Part shown: positions 1 to 10,812 of the stretch, piece after piece
How the letters are laid out: every line of letters starts with the position of its first letter
How positions within the stretch are numbered: position 1 is the stretch's first letter
Assembly (NCBI GenBank): GCA_050575255.1
Contig: JBNZDD010013610.1
Location: forward strand, 1,658,366 to 1,722,365
Length of the DNA: 64,000 bases
Source: Harriotta raleighana
Lineage: Eukaryota
Direction of reading: 5' to 3'
Notes under the pieces: model-generated
What the model was told of the DNA's origin: nothing
Databases searched by the model: none
Seen by the model: the letters and a program-made list of their open reading frames with translations, nothing else
Made by a program: the position numbers and the translations under genes

Positions 1-1884
1 CTTCCTCCCCCCACCTTCCCTCATTGATCCCTGAATCACAGCTGCATGGCTGTAGGGAAATGTCGAGTGGAGGCCAGGTGCTTCCCCAAAGGGGGATGGG
101 AATCGGATGGATAGCATCTTCGGCTGCTCTTGTTGTGCATTTCCAAACAACTGATCCGCGTGGATCGGAAAAGGGCATGGGCGGAGGTTTATTCTGCTGG
201 GACATGGCCCTGGGATAGCGGAGGGAAGAGGGAAGGAGGTGGAGTGTAGGGTGGGGAAAGAAAAAATAAATCTAGGAAATTAATACTTACCATTCTGGGG
301 GGGCTTAAAGAATAAAACCTTCAAATGAAAGTCGAGCCTTCCCACCATATATTAATGTCCCACCACATCCTGTCCCATTCCCCCCGCCGTCCCCCCATAA
401 GCATTGAGTTTTCCAAGAACACTGGTGAAAACTTCTCATCAAAATCTAACTTGAGTGATTAACCTTGAATATAATAACAACTTGCATTTATATAGCGCAT
501 CTCACTCAGGGTTGCATCCCGGAGAATTTGCTGCATGGTTGCGGTGGGGGGGGGGGGCTACAGCCCTTTGACAAGGGGAACTCACCCACATCACCACGGA
601 GGCAAATATTTCCCTGGGAAGAAAGGAGAATTCCAAAGAGAGGAGGTTTTGACACATGTTACATAATTAAATGCACATCTCGCCCGGCGCAGTGAAAAGC
701 ACCCGCCCTGAGCTGGGAAACAAGCGTGCAGTGTAGTGTGTAAAGGAGCCTGGCTCGTGCAATGTCACAGTTTTGGAAGCAGGAAGGTTTGAATATTAAA
801 CAGGTCTTCTAGAGTGTTGGATTGAGGTGCACTGAATGTAGCAGCCGCACTACAATGCATCACTATTTACAAACAGCTAGCGAATAGGCTTGCTGTTCAG
901 GGTGATGATATACCTTTTTAAAGTCGTCTTCGGCTATTTTTGGGGACATCTGTGATTTGTAAGGAGATGGAAAGTAGGGGTTGGGGGGGCGGGGGCAGGG
1001 GTTGCCGGAAAGGTTTGAAGGTACCATATGGGAGCAGAGAGAGGTGCTGCTATATTTGTGATGAAACAATTCATTTGGATTTTGTCATCAAAAAGCCTCC
1101 CTTGACATTTTACGGCTTTGAACTGGGGGTGGGGGGGCCGAAATAAACATCAGTTGCAAGAAGCATTTGGGATGAATTAGAGGGAGTGTGTGTATGGGGG
1201 AGTGGGTTGTGGGGGGTGGGATTTATCTATAGGAGTTGTAAATGTTTTAGAATGTGGGCCTGCATTGTATCTAGCTGTTAGGTTTGTAGTGCAGTCAGCA
1301 AACTAGAGTTGCGTTTGTGAGAACGCCGCCACAGCAGGGTCCAGTGCTATTGCAAAGCATTCCGTTTGCCAAATATTGACTGTGCTTGCTGGGAAGGCCT
1401 TGTATTACATTGTGTATTTATTGAAACTGACAGAGGCAAACTTTAACCATCTCCTTCAGTGACTGGAAGTTCAGTGGCCTGAGCGTCAGCTATGGATTCT
1501 GCCAGAGAAGAGGGGGAGGGCGGCTGGGCTCGGGTGGGGGTGGGGAGGGTGAGGGGAAGCAGTGGAATTGGAGATCTTCAAAGTGGATTGTTGTGGTTAT
1601 TAACGGTTTCTAGTCCTAAGCATTTTGTTTTAGTTCTGGGGGAACGAAAGCTTCTGGTACTAGCGCACCAATGCAATAACCAAATTACAGTGGCTGTCAG
1701 CCCACTCCTAACTTCTGAAGCTCTGTACACAGACTGTGGCCTAGGCTGCTTAGAATGAGCATCAAAACAACACAAATATTCACTTTCTTTCATGTTGCAC
1801 GATAGCTTGCGATGGAACTCATTCGTAACCAGCCCCCTCCCCACCATTTGAGTGGTGGTGGGGGGGAGTTGGGGGTGGGTTGTT

Positions 1885-2060
1885 GGCCCAGAAACTCTTG
1901 AGAAACTCCCTTGTCTTTTTTGACTTGTGCTATGGGATCTTTAACATTAACCTGAGCAGGCAAACAGGACCTCATTGTTTAATGTTTCATCCGAAGGATG
2001 GCATTATCTGAAAATGTCAGCCTGGATTATCAGGTCAAAGTCCCAATGTGGAGCTTGCAG
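1885..2060 (-). mobile_element. Deu-domain SINE fragment (SacSINE1/AmnSINE1-like core)
   Basis: The reverse complement reads atgccatccttcggatgaaacattaaac...cctgtttgcctgctcaggttaatgttaaagatcccatagcac, matching the recalled Deu core and other copies in the window. Confidence 0.65.
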
Positions 2061-2194
2061 CTTGGCAGACCTGGAGGCTATCATATTTGCACGTCTCCTT
2101 TCAAAAGGACATCAGGGCATTAGAGAGTGACTTAACTGCTGTAAGTTGGCACTGAACTTGATTTCATTAAAGCAAAGAAGATTGGGAGTGAATG

Positions 2195-2410
2195 TGATCC
2201 ATGCTTTTAAAAATGCTGAGAGGAGTGGTTAATATAGATGTAAGCAGGTCATTTAACTTGAACGGTCAGTGTAGACTTAAAAGACAGGAGTGTAAAATTA
2301 ACCAGTTTTACACAAGGTTTGGGATTAGAAAGAACTTTTCTCAGAGACGAGTGGATGTGTAGAATAGATGCACATCTAAAGCACCTAATGCTTTGGCGAT
2401 TTAAGAGCTT
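2195..2410 (+). mobile_element. Degraded CR1-type LINE, ORF2 3' end
   Basis: attagaaagaacttttctcagagacgagtggatgtgtagaatag resembles the CR1 C-terminal R.NFFSQRVV..WN coding motif. Confidence 0.45.
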
Positions 2411-2430
2411 CTAAGAACTGGATGGATATT

Positions 2431-2615
2431 TATTATAATAAAATAATAATCTCTGCATTAGATATAGCATATTTTCACATCCTCTATGCATTTCAAAGTG
2501 CTTCACAGATATATTGTAAAATGACTGTGTACTTGTGGGTGAAACACGGCAGCCAATTGCACACAGCAGTGTCTCATAAATAGTCATGGATTGAGTGACC
2601 AAATTATTATTATTT
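2431..2615 (-). mobile_element. 5'-truncated tRNA-SINE copy (3' half)
   Basis: Matches the 3' half of the full-length copies and has an (ATT)n tail. Confidence 0.8.
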
Positions 2616-2692
2616 TAAATAAGTACGGATGGAGAGAATCAAATACCACATGGAATGTGATTGTTCCCGAACTCTGGGAACCCTGCAGCTAC

Positions 2693-3003
2693 AATAATAA
2701 TAATCTTTGCATTTGATACAACACTTTTCACGTCTTTAAGACATCTCAAAGCGCTTCACAGAATTTACTGTAAAGTGAATTGATTATACATTTGTGGGCG
2801 AAAAGTAGCAGTCAATTGCACACAGCAGTGTCCCACAAATAGTCGTGGATTGAAATGACCAATGTATTCTGATTTTTTTTTTGGTGGATCATTATTAGGC
2901 GTGTGAAGTAAGGAAACTTGTCCAAGGTTTCGCCCTGCCTGGATTCGAACACAGGTCTCACACTTGTAAGGCGAATGCTCTAACCACTGAGCTACAGGAT
3001 TCT
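2693..3003 (-). mobile_element. Full-length tRNA-derived SINE
   Basis: The reverse complement has an A box (tagctcagtggttagagc), a B box (gttcgaatcc), the family body and an (ATT)n tail. A degenerate TSD is possible (accctgcagct / accctgtaagct). Confidence 0.9.
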
Positions 3004-3191
3004 ACCCTGTAAGCTGTTGTGTCTTGAATGATGTCTGGTGTAAGTCACGCAAGGTTAGATTCGTGTGGTGGAGAGGAATATCAATCGGTGTGCGGAGCTA
3101 ATAGGCGAGTGGGATTAAACTAACGAGCTTGTTGCGGAGGAAGTTGTGTAAAATGGATTGGTCAGAGCCCATAACATCGCACGTAGCCTGT

Positions 3192-3264
3192 GGAAGCACC
3201 CAATAAGCAAATGCTACTTGCCCAAGCTTGGTGGGCAAGTAGCATTTGCTTATTGTGTGCTTTC
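3192..3264. repeat. Near-perfect inverted repeat (hairpin)
   Basis: 3201-3224 (caataagcaaatgctacttgccca) is the exact reverse complement of 3232-3255, with a 7-nt loop. The stem extends further past one mismatch. Confidence 0.95.
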
Positions 3265-3917
3265 TCCTGCACTCTGCAAAAGTCTCTGTTTGCTGCTCAA
3301 GCACCTAACTTGTTTAGATGAAAAAATCCCTGTTGGACACATGATCTTTGAAGTAAAAAGCTTTCTCTTCTCTCCTCACTTTCTCTGCCTACTCAGCAGA
3401 ATCAATGTAATAAAGCGCTGGATGGACCACGCAGCTTCACCAGCAGTTCTAAGAAAGATATTATTACAATTAATAGACTCTGTAAAACAACTGGAGATAC
3501 TGTATTAAAAGACGCTATCAGCCAGAATAGCTGTTAAATAACCTTGCGACATACTGAATTTCAGATCTATAAGAGAGCACACATGCATTCGTTAATGTTT
3601 GCAGTGACAATTGCCATGAATTTTAAACAGGACTTTGAACAAGTTTGTAGTACTTGAACAACTAACTGCCTTAATTCAGTCAAACAGGCGATACTGATCA
3701 ATTGACTGAAGTCAGAAGTACACTGGTCTGGAATGGCCTGGAGTGAATGCTTTCTCTGCAACTTCATCTTTTGACAATCGTGGCAATATGCCCCTCTCTG
3801 AACGTATGGGGTTTAAAATTGTAAGTACATTAAAATCTCTGCTCTCTTGTCAAAACCCCTCCAGGACAAGGCAAAGTGATTGCTTTAAGTAACTGTTCAG
3901 CCCAGGTGACAATGACA

Positions 3918-4078
3918 ATAATAATAATAATAATCCTTGGATTTGATTATAGGGCCTTATCAAGTTGTTGAGATGTCACAATGTGAGAGTATCTGGATTG
4001 ACTGTATTTTGTGGGTGAACTGTGGCAGCCAATTGGCACATCAATATCCTACAAACAGTCGTGAATTTAGTGACAGCA
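3918..4078 (-). mobile_element. Diverged SINE 3' fragment
   Basis: aataataataatccttggatttgat...ggcagccaattggcaca...acaaacagtcgtg, similar to the other copies. Confidence 0.65.
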
Positions 4079-7000
4079 TTTTCTTTATACAGTATATGTA
4101 TAATATAGTTTTGATCCCCAAATCATACAATAATAGCTATACTAAACTGTAACTGTGATGGTGTTTAAAGGTCCATGCCATTTGCTTACTTGCGTTGCTG
4201 CCCTATAAATTTTACCAGCCTGCATAATCCAGGTGGAGATTGTATTTAATTAAATTAGAAAGCTGTTGGTTATGAAGCAAAATTGGCTGCTTAAGACAGT
4301 TAACCAAGGTGACCGGAAGGACAAGTTTTTTTTTGCTGCATTTAATAGCAATCCAAGGCCAGGGAATATTTTGTTTTGCTTTGGTCAGCCATTTCCTGAA
4401 GTTGGGTGAATTAAACCAATTAAGATTGCAGTAATCCTACCCGACACAAATCTGTGTTGAATACCAACATTGCTTCGATTGAAATCCTCCTTTCATAGCA
4501 ATAACCTGCAGCCCTGGTCAGCTGCTCTGGAAATGGATACCCTACATTTAATGAACTGAGAGGTAGACACTTTAATAGTTTGTACCCATCCTGTGGTTTT
4601 GAGATCCTCCTCTCCCCCCACTCTGCTACCCCTCTCCCACACACCACCACTAGCACGACTCTGTGCATGTGAACTGTTATGCTGCCTGTCTTAGTAACAC
4701 AGCCCAGGAGAATACTAAGTGCGTTTTAAAAAAAATACACACGCACTTTTGTGGTCGCTGATTCACGCCATTGTTATCAAAGCAGTGATTAATCATTACA
4801 TTTTGCGTAAGCAGCCAGCCGTTTCTATGGAGATTAAAATGATCCCGTGTTGCTCAAAATGCCCAGAATAAGTTTACCAACATTGCATGTGCTTTGTCAT
4901 GCCTCTGGCACATTCTGGCCTTGAGATAAACTGGCTTCCCTTGTTCTCTTTGTGCACAGCCTTTCCGTCCTCTTACTCTTGGATCGGATTTTCGGTTGGC
5001 CAGAGCTGGAAGCCAGCCCACCCTTACCCTCATCCTCACCCTCACCCTTGATGTGCTGCACAAGAGATTTTCCTTTGCGCTTTCCTGATAGCGTTTGCCG
5101 AGCTTTAATGACAAACAATCAAAAAAACATCCTCAGTCATAGACACATCAGATTTTGCTCCACATCACTTATTAAAACATTGCATTGCTCTCGGAGCACA
5201 TTTCCTTTACCGAAGTCAATGAATACAAAAGAGAAGTCTGTAATATCTTGCAAGACTGTGATCTCTGCCCAGCTGTTGTTCATTTACCACTTCACAATAG
5301 TGCAGACCATTTAAATATCCCAAAGCGAAGGATACGGAATGGAAAAAGGCTTTGGCTGCAAACAGAAATTATACTTTTAAATAATTAGTGGGAGAGGAGG
5401 TGTGGTGGGCATTTAGGAGGTTCTGGTTATTATATAACTGCCATATCCACTGTGTTTTGCACCTCACCCCCCACAAAACCGTAGGGTAGGACTTCAATTG
5501 CTCAAGGTTCCCTAAATAATAGAGACATTACGTTGTTGTGTGAGTTTTGGTGAGGTGGGGAGGGGCTGGATGGGCAGAATGAATTTTACAGGGGATTTTG
5601 ACCAATTAGAAGCGAACTGCAGTCAAATTGTTTTAAGATCTCTCTTTCTCTCCCTCCACCCCTACCTCTTGGTTTCTTCTCTTATCCATTCTCGTGCGTT
5701 GGCCCGCAAGGTTAAAATCGTGTTAGTCTAATTGAAATCTAAGAAGCTGTTTAACTGGAATGTCTTTTTGGCAGGCCCAGTAGTAATTGGGAAAACTATA
5801 ATGTGAAAAAACACACAGTTTATTCCTTGTGAAAACGCAGCTATTCTGGGTCGCTATAGAATTTCATCAAACCCTCCAGTGATCAGTAACAGGTGCAATT
5901 TATCTCACTTTATACCAGGGCTTTACACTGTGCAGCAGGTCATATAAAATCTATACTCAGCAATTTGCTTTAGGTTTACCACAAAGGGAGAAAAACTACC
6001 TGCACAATAACAGCTAATAGACATTCAGAAATCCTGCAGATAGCAGGCATGTTAAACACGGAAGCGTACGCCTAGTTTGAAATGTTTCCCTCCCGTTCCT
6101 GGATTATTTCAACTTTTTAAGTACCCAAATCTGTTGGACGTTATCAGCAATAGGATCCTGCTCCCCACACGCCATGCCACTGCTGTGTCGTCTATGTTCC
6201 GGTTGAATTTGACAAACCGGAATCTGCATCAGAATGGTCCAGAGACAACCTGGCTCAGAGAGGTTTACAGTCAGAAAATTGCGGGTTTCAAGCCCTCACT
6301 TTGAGACTTTGAACTCACCCAGTCTAGATGGATACAGTTCTGGATAGGAATCACTCAATCGTCGGAGGTGAGAGGTCTGCCTGTTTTAAGTGGATGTTAA
6401 GGATTCCACTCCACGTATATGTGTGTGTGTATGGGTGTGTGTGGGTGTGAGTTGAGGGCGGGTAGGTGGGGGGGTAAGGATTTGTCAGGCACCTGCCCTC
6501 AATTGACATGAATATCTGCTGATTTGCCATCAGTGGACTAAAACACATTAGTTTTATTTACAGGGCACCAAACAGTCAGGCTCTCTCTTGCACAATTAAC
6601 AATTAATGACTCTCCCCAGTCCATCCCACCCCACCCCGAACAATAATGGGTTACTAAATGCCCTGATGTTGCTGCCCATTGCCCAGCTACTTATGAACAC
6701 AAATGTATTGCACTGTAACCAAAAGAATCACCATCTAAACCGAGATCCTATCATTTAGTGAATGCAATATTCCCAGTACTTATATAAGGCGGAAAAAAGC
6801 TGTAACTCAACAACATGTTTTTTGTTAACAGAACATTGCGGGGGTGGTGTGGGGGGAGGAGGAGGGAAGGGTATTGGGTTTGGTTTGCTTTAGAAAGGAC
6901 ACTGTCGCTTGCTACTGGAATTTGTCCCATGTCAGGGGGAGTGGGGGGTGTGGTGGGAGTCCAGTCTATAGAGCAGCAAATGTACTTTAGCACTGAAGTT

Positions 7001-7531
7001 GCTGACATTTGACACTCCTGTTACTCACGTGATCTAATTATGCTCTTCATAGACAAGTGCAGAGAGGCCCTCTTCTTGCTGATGAAGAACTGTTTGCTTA
7101 AGGAGTTTGATGCAGCGTCTGATTTATACTTTCAACACACTTTGAAAACTCCCCGATGCACTTCCTAAACTCACCTGCGTCAGATGCCAGAGTTGAAATG
7201 GAATAAAGTCAACGTTTAAAACTTTATTTCGCCCTTTATTTGTCTCTTGCAGCGTTTCCTGTAGAATATCAGGTAGCAATAGAGCACCTCAAAAGATGAC
7301 CAGTTTTCTTTCCTCCCCCAATACCCCTTTCATTAGAGCCTGGGTTGCACAATTGTCTTGCTCTGCCTTTATCTGCTGGTTGTGGGACATTACTGTGAGT
7401 AAACTGTTGACATGTTCACCCACCAAAATAACTCATCACTTTACTCTTGAGTAAATCCTGTGGTTTTTTTTCACATTTCAAATCCAGTGGAGTGCTATTG
7501 AGAGATTTTCAATGACGTGATTAGGTGTCTA

Positions 7532-8013
7532 TAATAATCTTAGCAATTGATATAGTGCTTTATCACATTGCCAGTGTCTCAAAGTATTTCACAGGATTTT
7601 ATTATAATGTGTAGTGACTCTTATTTAGTACAAACAGTAATGTCCCACAAACTGATGTCTGATTTTTTTTTCTTGTGGATTGTATCAAGACTTTCACTTT
7701 TCAAATAGTGCTATGGGATTTTTAAACGCCAGCACCTCTAAAAGCCAGGACCTCTGCAAAAATATTCCCTCCAGCCTCTCTGTCCCCAGCTCGGTTCTGA
7801 AACAATGACTGTCCAGCTCCTTGGGATGTCTTCCTGATGTGAAAGGCGCTATACAAGTGTAATTTTGTTGTTGTTGTTGTTCCCCCTGTATTGTACTGGA
7901 GTCTCAGCCTAGATTGTAAATTCAGAATCCTGACATGGGATTTGAACCCACAAAGTTCTGAGTGAGAGGCAAAAATGCAACCAATGTCCCAGTATCAGCT
8001 GGAGCAAAGCTGA
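7532..8013 (-). mobile_element. Old tRNA-head Deu-domain SINE interrupted by an L2-type 3' end
   Basis: Tail at ~7535, Deu core (tcaaatagtgctatgggatttttaaacg) at ~7700, and tRNA head (tgggatttgaacccacaaagttctgagtgagaggc) at ~7935-7990. Confidence 0.65.
7765..7881 (+). mobile_element. L2-clade LINE 3' end with (GTT)n tail
   Basis: ttgggatgtcttcctgatgtgaaaggcgctatacaagtgtaattttgttgttgttgttgtt; near-identical copies at 47881 and 60441. Confidence 0.75.
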
Positions 8014-9554
8014 TTGTTATTATTATTTTTATGATCTGAAAGCTGTCAATAACTTCTGCCCAGTTGACAGTTTGCAGTTAAATAATGGAAATACTGTTCC
8101 TGGAAAGAAAGTCAATCCAAATGCTACATCTAGCAGAGTGCATTGTAAAGTCTGCACTTACCTCCTTGCAATTTAGGCAGTTGTTTCTGGTGCTTGATAT
8201 AATGTTTACCTTTTAAGAATCAGTGCAGCAATTTTTCTTTTAATTGCCTGCATCAAATAATTTTTAATTAAGGACTGTTCTTCTGTTTTCTCGTCTCCTC
8301 CCAATTCAGAAACACTCTTTTTTTGCCTATTTTTTTTACTTCCATTATCCTTGCTACTCCTGTTCCCCCATTAATATGATTTGCAGAAGAGGTTGGGAAT
8401 AGGAAGAGCGAGTGCTGCTTGGTTGGTGTACAAATAACAGACTCAGAACAAGTTGAAACACTATTTCTGCAGCTCAGACACTGCTTGCTGCTACATGACA
8501 ACTGCTTTTGTTGGAATTCTTTCTCAGTTCTCCTTATTTTCGACACCAGCAGTAAAGTGGGACACACAAAAACAAAATACTCAAACGATAGATCCAGATT
8601 AAGGCTTATTAAATGTAGGTGGTTTCTAGGTGACTGAGTTAAATCCAGTTCAATGCTAGTTTAATTGGGTGTTGAAAGAAGATAGTTTTTAAAATTAATT
8701 TTAAATACAAGGTAAAAATTGTCTGTGGCTTGCTTAAAATCTCCGATATTTAGGCCCAATTGGGAGTGTGAATTGGAGTATTAAAGTTGGAGCATCAAAT
8801 ACAAGAATTATTTAACCTGTTTCAAGCTGGGGGAGACTTTCTTTGTACCGTGCGTGTGCAGAGATTCACTATGGATCATGTCATAATGGGACTTCCTTGC
8901 CTCCATCGCACTTCATTTTCACATATAGGCCCGCTGGGGAAAATGAGAGAATTGGGAAGAACATGGGGAGGAGTTGTGTTCTCATCAAGATACATCGGTT
9001 CCTTGTTTCAACGGCTGCAATTTGCCAGGGTTCAGGTGGCAACCCGTTGGATTGGTGCATTGTTTGAAGCCCGAGAGATACGATAGATGTATAAGAAACG
9101 TGGACAAACGTATCTGTGGTTTACTGGAGCCTATCTGTGTGCTTAGTTGAGATTGGAAATAGGAACGTATCTGGCTGAGGAGGTTCATGGTCAATGTGAG
9201 CTGACTTCCAGAAAGATGGAATGATTGGCAGCAAAATAATAACTTGCTGGCTGGCTTAGCCTGCCCTGTTAATGGGCTGCCCAATGTGAAGTGCTTGGAC
9301 TTGTTGCAATTGTTGTTTTTCTGTCTTCCGCATATCAGCCCTTTGGGTTCGATAATAGCAACACATCTGTAGCACTTCAGAAACAGTCCGAGTTGCAAGG
9401 TGTTTATGCTGGTTACTGTGTGTTGTGCCACACAGGATACGTGTTCTTCTGCACATTCCCAGACGAGCAATCTTGGTGTTTAAAAGGTTGTTAAGTTTGG
9501 TGCTATATAATTGTGCGCTTATTCTAACTGCTAGTGTCCCCATGTAACTTCAAG

Positions 9555-9960
9555 GTGTTAGCTTGTCTCATTTGGTAGCATTTTTGCCTCCGGGTGAGGA
9601 GGTTACAGACTCAGACCCTTAACATTGAGCTCACAGTCTAGACTTGCACTCGGGTGCGATGCTGAGGAGCGCTGCATTTAAGCGCTCCGTGACACTTATC
9701 CGTGTGTAGGGCACAATATAAATGAAAGTTACTGTTGTGTTGGTTTATCAATGTTGGAATGTCGTCCTTCAGGTGACATGTTTAACCAAGGTCCTGTCTA
9801 TTGGTTTGGATGCACGTGAAAGGATCCCATTGCACATATTGGAAAAGAGGAGGATGTTTCTCCTAGTGACATACAGATAGATTGGTCATTCACTTGGAGA
9901 TTTTTGTGTGCAAATTAGCTGCGACATTTTCCTACAAATACTCAGTCACTACATTCAGCC
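9555..9960 (+). mobile_element. Old tRNA-head Deu-domain SINE with a short internal insertion
   Basis: Head gttagcttgtctcatttggtagcatttttgcctc; Deu core gtcgtccttcaggtgacatgtttaaccaaggtcctgtct...aaaggatcccattgcac; tail tgtgtgcaaattagctgcgacattttcctaca. Confidence 0.65.
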
Positions 9961-10605
9961 GCAATGACCTATAAAGACTTTGTTTTATCATCGTTGGTGT
10001 TCTGTCAAGTGTAAGAATGATTAATATTATCATTATTATTATTCTGCAGGAAGCAGTAAATTCCTTGCTAACTCCTTTCTCAATGCAGTTCCAAACTAGC
10101 TGATATGAGCTGCTTTACTGCTGTGTGGATGGTGCTCGAAATGTACATGTCATAATGTGATTTGTGGTGTGAATAGTATTGATCTGGTCTAAAGTTTAAC
10201 GCTTTCTTTTGAAGTCAGTCTTGCTCATTTATAACTTCTAGGTTTCTGATAAATTGACAAGTGGCCATCAATAAACGGTGTCGCTTTTGGCACATCGTCA
10301 ATACCTGCAATAAGGTGAGATGTTAATCGGCGGTCATTGTAAAACTTATCTCCGCACCCTACTGTGTGTAAATACCTCAGTGGAGGTTAAAGCTAGAGTG
10401 AAGGAACCATATTTGTCAGAAAACACAAAGGATCAGGACCTTGTGTCAGTGATGTTAATCTTCCAGAGCTGAACTTGCCTTTGCAAAGGCTATGCCTCTT
10501 GACGGAGCATTTATACTGCAGGCTGCTTCAGAACTGACTCGAGCAGATGCAGGGAGCTGCCTTGACATTGGTTGCCTGCCTGTAGGGGGGGTGGAGGGTG
10601 GGAAT

Positions 10606-10812
10606 TAATAATAACCTTGCATTTGATCTAGTCACTTTTATGTCTGGAGGACATCCCAAAGTCCTTCGCAGGATACACTGTAAAGGATTGGCAGTGTTTT
10701 GTAGGGTATCTGTTAAGGTGGTTTTAATGTCGGGGAAAGACAGAACATCAACAACAAAATTAGACTTGTACAGCATCTTTTATGTCAGGAAGACATCCCA
10801 AGGCGCTGGACA
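10606..10812 (-). mobile_element. Two adjacent SINE/L2 3'-tail fragments
   Basis: aataataaccttgcatttgat...gacatcccaaagtccttcgcag and caacaacaaaattagacttgtacagcatcttttatgtcaggaagacatcccaaggcgctgg. Confidence 0.65.

Noticed and set aside
8787-9543. Cluster of overlapping 67-161 aa ORFs
   Set aside because: No homology cues or consistent splice structure; treated as non-coding.
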